64,000 nucleotides of DNA, from contig NC_091289.1 of assembly GCF_032444005.1 (NCBI RefSeq), positions 128,402,001-128,466,000 on the forward strand, written 5' to 3'. The notes beneath the pieces are model-generated. The model was not told where the DNA came from. It saw only the letters and a program-made list of their open reading frames with translations, and searched no databases. Positions 25,701-38,109 of the stretch are shown one piece after another. The stretch's first letter is position 1, and the number at the start of each line of letters is the position of its first letter. The position numbers and the translations under genes were made by a program. This stretch comes from Ranitomeya imitator (Eukaryota).

Positions 25701-26594
25701 AAGTTAAATATTCATTTTTATTTAAACATTCCAAAAATTCCTGTGAAACCCCTGAAGGGTTAATAAACTTCTTGAATGTGGTTTTGAGCACCTTGAGGGG
25801 TGCAGTTTTTAGAATGGTGTCACACTTGGGTATTTTCTATCATATAGACCCCTCAAAATGACATCAAATGAGATGTGGTCCCTAAAAAAAAATGGTGTTG
25901 TAAAAATGAGAAATTGCTGGTCAACTTTTAACCCTTATAACTCCCTAACAAAAAAAAATTTTGGTTCCAAAATTGTGCTGATGTAAAGTAGACATGTGGG
26001 AAAGGTTACTTATTAAGTATTTTGCGTGACATATCTCTGTGATTTAAGGGCATAAAAATTTAAAGTTGGAAAATTGCGAAATTTTCTAAATTTTCGCCAA
26101 ATTTCCGTTTTTTTCACAAATAAACGCAAGTTATATCGAATAAATGTTACCACTAAAATGAAGTACAATATGTCACGAGAAAACAATGTCAGAATCGCCA
26201 AGATCCGTTGAAGCGTTCCAGAGTTATAACCTCATAAAGGGACAGTGGTCAGAATTGTAAAAATTGGCCCGGTCATTAACGTGCAAACCCCCCTCGGGGC
26301 TTAAGGGGTTAAATGTCATTTTAAATTTAGCAATTTGTAAAACATGGTTATATTATTTTTTTTCCATGTCACAATCAATATTAAAAATACAATTTAGAAA
26401 TGTTAATAGATACCGTTGGAGAAATAGCGCGAACATAGGGTCTTATCCGAGATTCAGATGGTTGGGCACAATAAGATTGTACTCACCAAATAGAGCCAGT
26501 TTATGGCTTATGATGCATTCGCTGCAGCAGATCCACAGGTCCAATGATGACCAACCGAAAAGAAAAAAAGAAAAAAATCTGTACATCTGTGATG

Positions 26595-26641
26595 TTTTTC
26601 CTGATGAAGGAATCTGGGAAGTCCAAAATGCGTTGAATAAA
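26595..26641 (+). ncRNA. Decayed Penelope-type hammerhead ribozyme motif
   Basis: TTTTTC-CTGATGA-AGGA...TCC-AAAATGCGTT-GAATAAA. GAAACGCGTT is altered by two CpG-type transitions. Confidence 0.55.
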
Positions 26642-27481
26642 GCCGCAATAAATATATGACATAGGTCTGGACTTTCACTTATTCAGCAGCGCAGAGTAAA
26701 TCCACGTTTACCCAATTTAGAAATCTTGCAATTTTCACACCGGCTACCGGGGCATTGTTAGACTCTAATTTCCTATTTTTTTTGGAAGTGCACATAATCA
26801 ATGGCAGCAATGAACAGACCTCAATCCTATCTTTTCCATTGAAGCATTTAATGAGCGTGTGCAAAGACCAATGTGAAGGGAAAAGAGGGGGAGCAGAGTC
26901 AGCTGTGTCATCACCTATTATAAATGGTGGATCCTGTCTTATCAGCTGTGTAAAGAGGTGATACCGGTTATAATAATTCTGCCTCTGATGATAAGAAACC
27001 TGCTGAAATCTCTTCTTGAAAGGAAATATGAATTTAAAAAAATCCCATTGGTCAATGTAAATATTGCAATATTACTTTTTTTTTCATTCCTCCCAGCTCC
27101 ATATCATTCAGCAGGTGTGAGTATATGGAGCAGGCTCAGGAGCTGAGCCCGCTCGACACAAGACGAATGCTGGCTGTGTTAAACAGCCATCCTCTGTCTC
27201 AAACAGCATTGAACTCTTTGAAGTAGGGGAGGAAAAAACAAAAGCACGAAAATAAAATTTGTCTGTATCCTAAAGGGGTTAATAAAGATTGTGATATAAA
27301 AGTAATGCCAACATCTAATAAACAAATCAAATGGTAAAATTGGAAAGATAAAAAGTGCAAATAGGGTCTCATATGATAACCAAGTGGTGGGAATATAATA
27401 GGTACACAATTCCGATCCGGTTGTGACAGTCCCAGCTCCTATAGAAGCATGTAATGGCTGCAGGACCACCAAGGAGATACT

Positions 27482-27777
27482 TTGCAGTAAATGAGGAATG
27501 TGGTGGTTCTGAGTCCGCGCAGGCCAAGGTTCAAAGGTATGATCACACAAGAAGGTGAAGCATGAATGCGGTTTATGTCAACGCGTTTCAAGGTTTTCAA
27601 ACCTCTTCAGGATGAAAGCACACTGATCATCATTGTGGTTTGGTCCTGATGAAGAGGTTTTAAAACCTTGAAACGCGTTGACATAAACTGCATTCATGCT
27701 TCACCTTCATGGGTGATCGTACCTTTGAACCTTGGCCAGCACGGACTCAGAACCACCGTGTTCCTCATTTATTGCAA
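27482..27777. mobile_element. Fold-back (inverted) Penelope-like pLTR remnant
   Basis: ~130-bp inverted arms (27482-27612 / 27645-27777) with a ~32-bp spacer. Each arm carries a GAAACGCGTT hammerhead motif. Confidence 0.75.
27638..27688 (+). ncRNA. Minimal type I hammerhead ribozyme (Penelope-type)
   Basis: Stem I GTTT.GTC / GAC..AAAC; core CTGATGA (27646-27652); stem II GAGGTTT/AAACCTT; GAAAC-GC-GTT with predicted cleavage after 27679. Confidence 0.75.
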
Positions 27778-28642
27778 CATCTCTTAAATAATATGCGTAA
27801 CATAAAATCCTATTTTATACACGATGACGCATTCCCTTTAAATGTATATGCTACCATAATATCTGGTAACTCCATCAGAAGATTCTGCACTGTGTATCGA
27901 TATTTTTTATGTATATATTCAACAGTTATTCTTAGAGGTGGTAGCTACCAGTTTGTTAATTATATTAAAAGGTCAGAGCTTTCGTTAAGCCGATAAATTG
28001 ATTTCATTTATACGGTGTGTATACTTCTGTGAATGCCAGGCACAACTAATGCATGTGTAACATACAGAACATTGTGAAAATTGTGCTATGTTTTGTCATC
28101 AGATTAATGGGAATATACTAAGACTCAGAGGTATACTCTACTGCATTCATAAGGACATGGGAAACAAAAGTCTGTAAATGTCCATTTATTTCTGTCGGAT
28201 AGTTTCCTAGGCATGATCTGTGATCTGTGCAGAGGTCACTATGCAGGGACAGAGGAAGAGGTGAGCAGTGATATCACTTCAAAAGAATCTGTCAGCAGGT
28301 TTTTGCTGTGTAATCTGAGAAATATTCAACAAATATATGCCTACTAGTGCCATCTCAAACAATTCTCTCAAGATATGCAGTATGCAACTTGGCAGAATAG
28401 AAACATTCTATAAAATATATCTTTTAATAAATCATTTTAATAAATCCCAAAATAAACACACCTGTAGATAACGTCCATAGATAATAAAACTTTAAATGCA
28501 GGTATGCAAATTGTCTCTTCAGGGAGGAAGAGGACTAGAACTCTAGTGCCACCTATTGGAAGTAGCGATCTTAACAGTCAATGTCGACTCTTTAACGAGC
28601 CTTGTCACATGACTTAGGATAATAGCCAAACCAGAACCTCAA

Positions 28643-28687
28643 TTTGCAGACACTGTGTTTCGGGGTACTGCCCCTCGTCAGTGCAAA
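28643..28687 (-). ncRNA. Type I hammerhead ribozyme
   Basis: The minus strand reads TTTGCA-CTGACGA-GGGG CAGTA CCCC-GAAAC ACAGT GTC-TGCAAA. All core nucleotides and stems I, II and short III are present. Confidence 0.9.
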
Positions 28688-29017
28688 GTGGAGATCTGGT
28701 TTGGCTGATTGAGAGGGGCAGTACCCCGAAACACAGTGTCTGCAAATTGAGATTCTGGTTTGGCTATTATCCTAAGTCATGTGACAAGTCTCGATAAAGA
28801 GTCGACATTGACTGTTAGGATAGCTACTTCCAATAGGTGGCACTAGAGTTCTAGTCCTCTTCCTCTCTGAAGAGACAATTTGCATATTTCCCAGAGGAGC
28901 ATTGCGGCTTTAAGTCTCCTCGCCTCGACGTGCTTATCATGTCACTCTCCGCAAAGAGAAACAATACTTCTTGGATCCCGGTCAGACACCTCTCAATCAG
29001 CCAAACCAGATCTCCAC

Positions 29018-29062
29018 TTTGCACTGACGAGGGGCAGTACCCCGAAACACAGTGTCTGCAAA
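29018..29062 (+). ncRNA. Type I hammerhead ribozyme
   Basis: TTTGCA-CTGACGA-GGGG CAGTA CCCC-GAAAC ACAGT GTC-TGCAAA, identical to the minus-strand copy. Predicted cleavage after C29056. Confidence 0.92.
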
Positions 29063-29692
29063 TTGAGATTATGGTTTGGCTATTATCCTAAACTATGCTA
29101 AGTCATGTGACAAGGCTCGTTAAAGAGTCAACATTGACTGTTAGGATTGCTACTTCCAATAGGTGGCACTAGAGTTCTAATCCTGTTCCTCTCTGAAGAG
29201 ACAATTTGCATATTTCCCAGAGGAGCATTGCGGGTTTAAGTCTCCTCACCTTGACATGCTTATCATGTCACTCTCCGCAAGGAGAAACAATACTTCTTAA
29301 ATGCAGGTATCAAACACTTATCGCATAGGTTCTAAACATGAACAAATATGTTAAGTAATAATTGTATTAGATCTCACCCAGTTGAGATGTGGAGATGTAA
29401 TCATCCTCAGAGCTCCATTGGAAACTTGAGATAAGTAGACGGGTTATCTAACATCGTTGTGCTCCATGCATTAGCTCCCACCCGAACAAGAACAGCAACC
29501 AAGTGTCATACTGATGATTTAGGCCTCTAATGGAAAAATGTTCTTGCCCAACAGGTTTCTACCATAGTTACATGGCGTCATCAGGGTAGTGTATATGTGG
29601 GGTAAGTATGCAATTTGGTGCAGTAGATCAAAGTCTCTCAGAGCACATAATCCAAAAATGCACCAGTTAGAGGGTCCTATAGTGGTAGATAT

Positions 29693-29882
29693 TAGTGATG
29701 AGCGAGTGTGTTCGTTATTCGGGTTTTCCGAGCATGCTCGGGTATTCTCTGAGTATTCTGGGCGTGCTCGGAGTTTATGTTTGAGTTGACTCAAACATAA
29801 TCTTCGAGCATGCCCAAGAAACTCGGAGAACACCTGAGCATGCTCGGAAAACCGAAATAACGAGCACACTCGCTCACCACTA
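29693..29882. mobile_element. hAT MITE, near-perfect palindrome
   Basis: TAGTGATGAGCGAGTGTG / CACACTCGCTCACCACTA termini; degenerate 8-bp flanks GTAGATAT/ATAGGTAC. Confidence 0.75.
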
Positions 29883-29889
29883 ATAGGTA

Positions 29890-30130
29890 CACCTCATGCG
29901 ATGTGCAAAATTCATTGAGAACAACACTGTACCACGAGGACTTCGCATCACCGTTCTCCCTGTGGCACGAAGCAGAAGTCAAAAGGAAGTCACTAGTCTT
30001 ACACAACTCTTACTAGAAGATGAAAAAGGTAATTTCTCTACACTGAATGAGAAACTCAGGGAGCAGATAGATCTGACCAAAAAATTCCAGAGTGATACAG
30101 ATATTAAAACTAAAGAGTGTGCATTATAAA
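29890..30130 (+). pseudogene. Possible Penelope-like element N-terminal ORF fragment
   Basis: KFIENNTVPRGLRITVLP resembles the xxPRGLRI motif I recall from vertebrate Penelope-like ORFs. Not verified. Confidence 0.4.
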
Positions 30131-30644
30131 TCACCAGAGAGGTTCCACTACCATCTAGAGGAACGTAAGCACAAACAACATCTAGGGATCTCCAGGATAT
30201 TAAACCAAATAAAGCATCTTGGGTGAAAGAACTGAGCGAAGGGACAAACAGACAGATATCTCATCAAAGATACAAAACGACCAAGTATTGAGGCATCCAC
30301 TAGACCCCAAAGGGGAACATCATTTCTTTAGCCGAAAACTACCCCCTCTGGAGTCGCAATACACAAATGAAGGATAAGTATCCAGGTTAGGGTGCGAGCC
30401 AATGCCTGGAGAACGACGGAGTTAGATAGCCCATCTGCTTATCACAAGATTTCCATGTGGCTCCTTTGACATCTATTCTTCATGTCTGAACTGGGTGAGT
30501 TCTAATACAATTATTACTTATTTTGACATGTTCATGTTTAGATACAATAGGTGTTTCATACCTACATTTAAGTTTGTATTATCTATGGATGGTATATAGA
30601 GGTGTGTTTTTTATCTCGATCTCCCTTCGATTTGAAACGATTTA

Positions 30645-30991
30645 GGCTATGTGCACACGTTCCGGATTATTTGTGATTTTACGCATTTTTCGGTGGTATT
30701 ACGTGGCAAAAATGCATAAAAAACGCATACATTATGCATCCCATCATTTCCAATTAATTCCGCAATTTTTGTGCACATGTTGCGGATTTTTCCGCAAAAA
30801 AACCCACTATGTTATTGAATTGGGAAGCTCCGGAAAAAAACGTGAAAAATCCGCCCAACATCCGCGCAAAAAACGCGACAAAACCGCAAATAAAATGCGA
30901 GAAAACGCGTGCGGATTTTATGCGGAAAATCTCCGGTTTTGCTCAGGACGTTTCCGCATAAAAAAAAAAATCCTGACGTGTGCACATAGCC
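30645..30991. mobile_element. PIF/Harbinger MITE
   Basis: TIR GGCTATGTGCACACGT / ACGTGTGCACATAGCC, TTA TSD. Confidence 0.93.
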
Positions 30992-31435
30992 TTACTGTAT
31001 TATTAGCATGTGATAAAAAATTAGTTGACAAAAACCAGATCAGGGAGTATTATACTTGTCAGTGGCCAGAGTGAAAGCTGCAAGATTTCAGGACTTTTTT
31101 AAATTAATATAGAGAGTAAAATAGAAATTATTTTAAAAAGCACCAATAATTCTTATTTAATTCTTGATTGAAGCAATAAGTGTTTTTCTACTTAAATAAT
31201 TAATTTAAAGGGAACTTTCATTTGATACATGCTGCTCAATCCATGAGCAGCATGTACCTGGCACTGGTTGTATTATCGCAGCCAGGTACATTGGACTCTG
31301 AAATCATTTCAGAGAAAAATATACTTTAAGTGCCTCTGGTGATCAAGACAGCACTATAAACTAGTTGGGCAGGCAGTCTCCAGCGGCTTCTAATGGATTG
31401 GACAGCATGTGTCTCTAAAAGTAGTGGACAAATGC

Positions 31436-32294
31436 TGTCACATTCATACCCCTGGACACACCAATCGCGTTAATGTATTGGTGAATAATGTCTTTCATCT
31501 TGTGTGAATATTGTGTAATGTGAATTGTATAGTATTGGGGTGTTCTGTGTGTAGTTAACTTTTGGGGTAAGTTTGGAGTTAACTTTTGGGAGTAGCCCAT
31601 TGTGGGAGGTGAAAGTTTTAGGGAGAGTGGCCTCTTCCAGCTAGGAAGGAGGATAGGGTCTTGAGAACTGAGTGAGCAGTGAGAGACCCTAAGCGAAAGG
31701 AGACTGAGGGAGAGGAATAGCAAGATCCTGAAGATCATTGACTAAGAGAGACAGAATAGCTTTCCGGAGATGGGTCCTAGGAAAGGAGCCTAGCCACGAG
31801 ACCTTGGGCTTGTAACACTGTGAGGTAATGGGCCTAAACAGGACTGAGTACAGGGGACTAGTGAAGGGTTCCGAGTGGACATTCCAGGGTGCCAGTAGTG
31901 GAAGAAATAGGATGCAGACTCGCTGTCCAAGTAAAGGAGGCTTGTTGATCAGGACTGTGGAACTAAAGCTGTGTTATAGGGACAAACAGTGGATGTAAAT
32001 AGCCCTGTACTATGCTACCAAGGAGGATACTGTGTGGAAAATGCTTCATGTCCCTGCTATACCTCATACATAACGCTTGCCAAGTTGACATTTAGTAAAG
32101 AGTTTACTTTTGAACGGTGGTCTCCCTGATTGAACTATGAAACATCTGGTCCTGGCAAAGCAGCAACATTAGTTTTATGCGTCTTTCATGATCACAAAGC
32201 CCTCACAGTAAAAGTGCACACACCCAGCCAGGACTGGGTGTCGGGAGCCTCAGAACAGTGCCTCGCCAGCGGCTACGCCCTGCACCATGTTACA
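31436..32294 (+). mobile_element. Possible solo LTR
   Basis: TGTCACAT...ATGTTACA termini, purine-rich body, AGTAAA signal near 32095. No matching TSD found. Confidence 0.45.
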
Positions 32295-33266
32295 TATCAG
32301 GTTACAAGTTTACAGGGGTTGTCCACGCTTTGCACCAATAAAATAAAAACACCTCTACTCCCCTCGAATGCCGGCGGTGTCAGCACTCGCATTCACGGGG
32401 CTCTTGTGTGGTGTGTTGTGACACAGGAGCCCGGATCCCAATCAGCACTGGTGTCACTGTCCCTGTCTTCATAAAACTGAACATGAAAAGGAAGTGAAAG
32501 AGCCGCTGCAGCCTGGCCTTCCTCTTGATGTTCAATTCGTACCAAGACGGGGACAGTGACGCCAGCGATGATTGGGATCCTGGCTCAGGTGTCACAACAC
32601 CGCACAAGAGCCCTGGGAACCCGAGCGCTGACGCTGCTAGGACGGCGCCGGCACAAGAGGCGCATATAGGTGTTTATGTTATTGAGGCCCAGCGGGGAGT
32701 ATCAGAAGACGTTGTCCTAGTAGTGGACACCACCGATAATAGCATTATTTTAAGACCAAATGTTCACAACTGATTTCATTTTCCTGACTTGTGGAGCGAT
32801 GGATTTACAGAGTTAAAGAGTCAAAATAGACTTTGAATCTGCAGAGTAACTCTTTCGTTACGCCCTGTTCTTCACTTGTGTCAGCGTATCAAGGACATTT
32901 TTGGGGGATGGAAAGAATAGTAAAATTTGCAGCACTATGCTAGCCATTAAGAACACTGGAATCCTTAACAGAAGCCTTTTGGATCCCATTAATGGCATTT
33001 ATCTGTATTCACTTGAAAACAGGTTAAGAATAGCTGTCATGGCTTCCTAACAAAGAGAAGCCATGATTCTGTTATGTACAGAGCAGGAAGCAGGTGATAT
33101 TGCCAGAAACATCCTTCTTTGTGTGCAGAGCACGTTTTAAGGACACATGAATAATACTAAACAGAGTCTGAAAAATATATGGTAGATATTTGCTAAAAAT
33201 CAGCAATGTAGTTGTGGGCACAGCTGGAGCCTAGCTGAAAATTTCAATGTATAAAATGCATCTTAA

Positions 33267-33673
33267 AGGGAATGTGCAGTAGATTTTTTTCTATGTAATC
33301 TGAGGACAGCATGAGATAAGGGGCTGAAACACAGAATTCAGGGATATGTCGCTTATCAAGCTATGTGCTTTTGTTTCCATATAATTATGGTTTTGTCACC
33401 AGGAGATAATCACTGACCAGACTAGTGCCCTTGTGCCATGTAGTCTGACCACGCCCTCTCTGATAAGCAGCTCACTGTCAATAGACAATATTCAGAGACA
33501 TCAGTGGTATGGGTGAGGGCAGCTTTTGATCTCTGCTATTTGCTACATGCAAAAACTCCGTCATACCTGCTGCACCCTGTAATCTAAGTGATACCTCACT
33601 GAACTCGGAGTCTTTTTTTCCTACTTTATGCTGTTCTCAGATGAGGTAGCAAAAACCTGCTGACAGATTCCTT
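33267..33673. mobile_element. Kolobok/T2-like MITE
   Basis: TTAA-AGGGAAT... / ...ATTCCTT-TTAA, TTAA TSD. Confidence 0.8.
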
Positions 33674-33855
33674 TTAAAGCACTGCTACAGCATTTCAGGG
33701 CTGGAGTGGTGCTTTACATGTAAGGTCCCAGCTCATGGTCTTATGCGCCGACGTCTTCACCTTTTTTCAGTTCCGCTCAGGTCCCGCGCCGCCATATTGT
33801 GACCGCAAATTTTGACTGTCCAGAAGACAGAAGTTACATCATAAGCCCTCTATGA

Positions 33856-34017
33856 CAGGGGTCCCCAACTCCAGTCCTCAAGGCCCACCAACAGGTCATG
33901 TTTTCAGGATTTCCTTAGTCTTGCCCAGGTAATAATTGCATCACCTGTGCAATGCAAAGGAAATCCTGAAAACATGACCTGTTGGTGGGCCTTGAGGACT
34001 GGAGTTGGGGACCCCTG
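33856..34017. mobile_element. hAT MITE (162 bp, near-perfect palindrome)
   Basis: CAGGGGTCCCCAACTCCAGTCCTCAAGG TIRs; perfect 8-bp TSD CTCTATGA. Confidence 0.95.
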
Positions 34018-35445
34018 CTCTATGAGACCAAGAACAAGGCTCTCATAGAATTGCATTGAAGAGTTACCTCCGGCTCGCTCCATGAAACACTGGAGCGATC
34101 TGGAAGGTCAAAGGTGAAGATGGTGGCAGGTAAGTATAGGAGTTAAGTCAGGGAGATGAGATTGGAAGCACCACTCCAGGGGTAAAATGAAAAAAAAAAA
34201 AGCTGGAGTGTTGCTTTAAAAAAGAGAGAACAAGATTCCACCTGGTGGTTGCAATAGGCAACTGCACTACATTTATATTTCCGATTTTTTTTCCCCCACA
34301 AATGTGATCCTTTTGGCAAATGTAGAAATAAAACGGAAAAGCAACAAACACACAAGATTGCCATCACAGTCTACTGTACAGCGGCGTGCCGATTTCCTAC
34401 TTGTCAGACAGCCATCGGAATAGGTCATTTTGCCTCAGCGGGTGACCTGACCCGCCATTCACCATTCCGGACTGAATCGATATAATCATGTCTCTTACCT
34501 ATTCATTTGAATTTCTGTACCAGCACAACTGGGAATCTGCTCTATCATTTGCCAAGCTTAATGCAGGGTTGTGCAGTCTTGCATTTCCACGGCCAAAACA
34601 AGCACTTGCTTGTAATATAAGGGAGCTGCTAGTAAATGCTGAAGGGTATGTGGTAAAATGTCACATTAGACCTTATTTACAGAAAGTGCTGTAAATTCAC
34701 AGCAGACGTAATACAGGATAATGGAATAAGTGGATTAAAATGCTTCCCTGGAATGGAAAGAAGTAGACGGAATAGACGAGAGGAGCCCGGACTGGCATTC
34801 TCTGCATTTTATCCATCTCTATATTTCTGTGTAATTATGGCATCGCTCGGTTACAACCTCTACCTCCAGACTCATTGCATATCATTCATCATTCACTCAT
34901 ATATCTTGCGTTAAATCTTCATTAAGCCTCATTAGTGGTGTCTCCTTCTTCAGGGGGTGTGGTACAACCGCAAAATAATAATAATTGAGATAGTAGGTAT
35001 AAGGGTCTCTACTGATTCCTACATCCACTGAGTCCACAGATAACATCAATTCCTCCACACGCTGACAAATAAGTCTTGACAAACTATTACAAATTATTCC
35101 TGCACATTCATGTGCCACAGGGGGTGCCATGCTTTGTCTAAGAATCCATACTAAAAGTGCATTGTTAACCCCAACCTCACTCAGGTAAAACGCAGCATAT
35201 TCATTTCTTTGCTTTTAAAAGAATGACTCCGCCAAAAAAAATTAATCTGGAGAAGCAATATGGGAAAGGAGTCGGTTGTCACCTAGCTTTCCCAGACTCC
35301 TGAGTGGTATATTGGTTAGCATATACAGTAAGATATCCCTTTTCCCCGATATAGATTTTAAGAGGTGATTTGTAATTCTTTTGGTGACCAAGTTGATTTT
35401 CACCAAGACATAAGTAATGAGTGAATAGATGTTCACTTGCTTTAA

Positions 35446-35929
35446 AAGGAATCTGTTAATATGATTTATCCCACAAACTAGTTATATGTGCCTGAAGCTC
35501 TTTCAGAAACAAGGCCAGCAAAACCCTTAAACGGCCAGTCCATTCCTCCATTACTGAAAAATCAGCACTCGAATCGATGCGCAAATGAGGCTGAAGATCT
35601 AATTTGTAGATCTGAAGCCTCTGTCACTCCAGCTCTATTTCCTTCCCAGGGCCGTCTCTTCATGCTTGACTGACCGCAGCTTTTCCCGGAGTCACATTAC
35701 ATAGAGACTGCTAATCAAGCAGTAGGAGGCGGCGCTGGGTCAGGAAGTAGAGCTGGAGTGACAAAGGCTTCGGACCTAGAAATGGCTCTTCAGCCTTATT
35801 TGCATATCTATATAAATGCTGATTTCTCAGTAACAGAGGGACAGATTGGCCTTTGAAACGTATCACTGGACTTGTCTTTAAAATATCTCCATGGGGTATT
35901 TGGGGGGATATCCTGCCAACAGATTCCCT
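35446..35929. mobile_element. Kolobok/T2-like MITE
   Basis: TTAA-AAGGAATCTGTT / AACAGATTCCCT-TTAA. Confidence 0.8.
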
Positions 35930-37621
35930 TTAATACGTTTCTGAAGCCAAGATTGTATCAAGAATGATACCAGATGCTATACAAACATGAAAAACAAAAT
36001 GTGCCCGTCTTACGGGTGGCTCACTTGACGCCATCTACTGTCCATCTGTCTTCCATTGGCTCCCATTTTAAGAAGCATACTTTCAATGCACGTGTTCTTC
36101 TACTGCATGGTTGTGATAAATGCGATCTGTCACACATCGGTCACCCAAAGGCTCCCAAGTTACAACACGTGTACAATTACAAGGATTGTCCACTACTATT
36201 AGGATAGGACAACCCCTTCTCAATCTTATTTTTTTACCCCCATTTAAATTAAAAACACTTATGCTCACCGCCATATTAGCTGTGTTGGCACTTGTGTTCC
36301 CGAGGCTCGCGTGAGGTTATGTCACGTGAATCCTGCTCCCAATCAGCGCTGCCCTCACTGTCCCCACTTTAAGATGTCTAAGTAATCAAGAGGAAGTCAG
36401 AGCTACGGCTGCCACTCATTTCCTCTATACATCGGAAGGCGAGGAGAGTGATGGCAGCGCTGATTGGGTGCAGAGCTCACATGACATAACAACCTCACCA
36501 GAGCCCTGGAATGCACTGCAGACACCGCTGGAGCGGCGCCGCCGCAGGAGGTGAGTATAGGTGTTTCTATTTTAAAGGGGGCAAAGATTCAGATTGAGAA
36601 AGGGTTGTCCTATAACATATAGATATTTTATTCTGAATGGACAAGATTGTATTCAGTTGGTAACATGACAACTCCATGGACGCTGTAGTATTTTTCTTTT
36701 CAGGTTTAGGGAAAAGTCTTCTCTAATACAACTGGGAAATAACTTCATCATCTAGAGTTCTAGACTCACTATTCCGCACAGGTCACGAAGACATCGGAAC
36801 TGATTTCTAATATCATCGTCCTGGTCATTTATGGTCAGAATTTCTAAAATACCAATTTAGGAGATTATATCTAAAGGGGCCTTTGACCCCGCGAGACAAG
36901 AGGGGGTGCGGGTGTAACTCTAAGTTTTGAAGCACGTATCCCAGCATTGTCTTCTTTTTAATACATATGCTCAGCATTATATATAGGGAAACACTTACTG
37001 CAGTTGTATAATATATAGGTTCTTTTTATGTAGATGTAAGCGACACCCTTTATTGTTAATGATATAGAGGGTGGTCCATCGTCTGCCGATAGAAGGCTTA
37101 ATTGACTAAAACATTCATGCAGGATACAATTAACCTATCAAAGTAAAACTAGGCTTAACGAACAGATGGCTCAGGCCTAAAGACATAATAATTCACGTTA
37201 CAAATTGCGCTAACTCTCCAGTTACAGCTGTCAGTGTCTAGAAATTGTGACATGGTATATTACAGATCAGGATTTGGATATTAATAATTACTATAAATTA
37301 TGGAGATGTCCCAGTTCTTCATTACTTCTACCTTAGGCGTGCCTTAAGAACATCTATAATAGACAGAAGTTTGTGAAATGAAATCTCACTGTAAAATGTT
37401 ACATCGGACTCATGGAGAGCGTCAATCAAACATCTCCATATGTACAGGCTTCTAATGTTAATGTTCAAGGTGATCTGAAGGTGACCATATTGGAAGAATA
37501 GTTCATGGATCACTAGGTCATATATGCTCCTCCGAAACTCTCAGACAAGAATTTCCATCCAATGTAAAATAAACAACAACTTGCAAATCAATTCTGGTTT
37601 TCATTACTTTAAGGGATCTTA

Positions 37622-38109
37622 GGCTACGTTCACATTTGCGGCTTTGGACGCAGCGTCGTGGACGCAACGCACGACGCACGAAAGGCGCAAGTAGAACGCA
37701 TGCATTTTTGACGCATGCGTTCAACCCTTTTTTAATATATAGGGTCTTTTCAGTGTCTCTGTTTTTAAAGTAAAGAACGCATGCGTCCTACAACGCACAA
37801 CAACGCAAGTACTTGCTTCTTCTGCGTTGCCAATACAATTCAATGGAGGTTTTGAAGCTTCGACGACGCAAATACAACGCAAGTGCGACGCAAGCGTTTT
37901 TTAAAAATTTTGGACGCAGAAAAAATGCAACATGTTGCGTTTGCAACGCACTGCCAGGTGCGTCGAAAGGACGCATGCGTCGCAAAACGCACCGAAACGC
38001 ATGAAAACGAACGCACATGCGTCCCCAATGTTAAAGATAGGGAAGCATGACGCGTGCGTTGTTTTGCAGCGACGCCGCTGCGTCCAAAGCTGCAAATGTG
38101 AATGTAGCC
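37622..38109. mobile_element. PIF/Harbinger MITE
   Basis: TIR GGCTACGTTCACATTTGC / GCAAATGTGAATGTAGCC, TTA TSD. Confidence 0.93.

Larger units (their letters stand above)
21104..26308 (+). mobile_element. piggyBac-like non-autonomous element (5205 bp)
   Basis: TTAA TSD at 21100-21103 and 26309-26312; TIR CCCCTTAA/TTAAGGGG; no transposase ORF. Confidence 0.9.
28506..29296 (+). mobile_element. Retrozyme-like insertion: ~316-bp hammerhead-bearing monomer, ~2.5 units, 5'-inverted, 14-bp TSD
   Basis: TSD TTAAATGCAGGTAT at 28492-28505 and 29297-29310. Inverted segment 28506-~28714, then direct units with equivalent GTC sites at 28740 and 29056. No coding capacity. Confidence 0.88.

Noticed and set aside
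28506-28890. Reading the 28.5-kb inverted repeat as a DNA-transposon MITE
   Set aside because: The TSD is 14 bp and flanks a larger asymmetric unit that includes a direct repeat. The termini are not TIRs, and the arms contain hammerhead cores.
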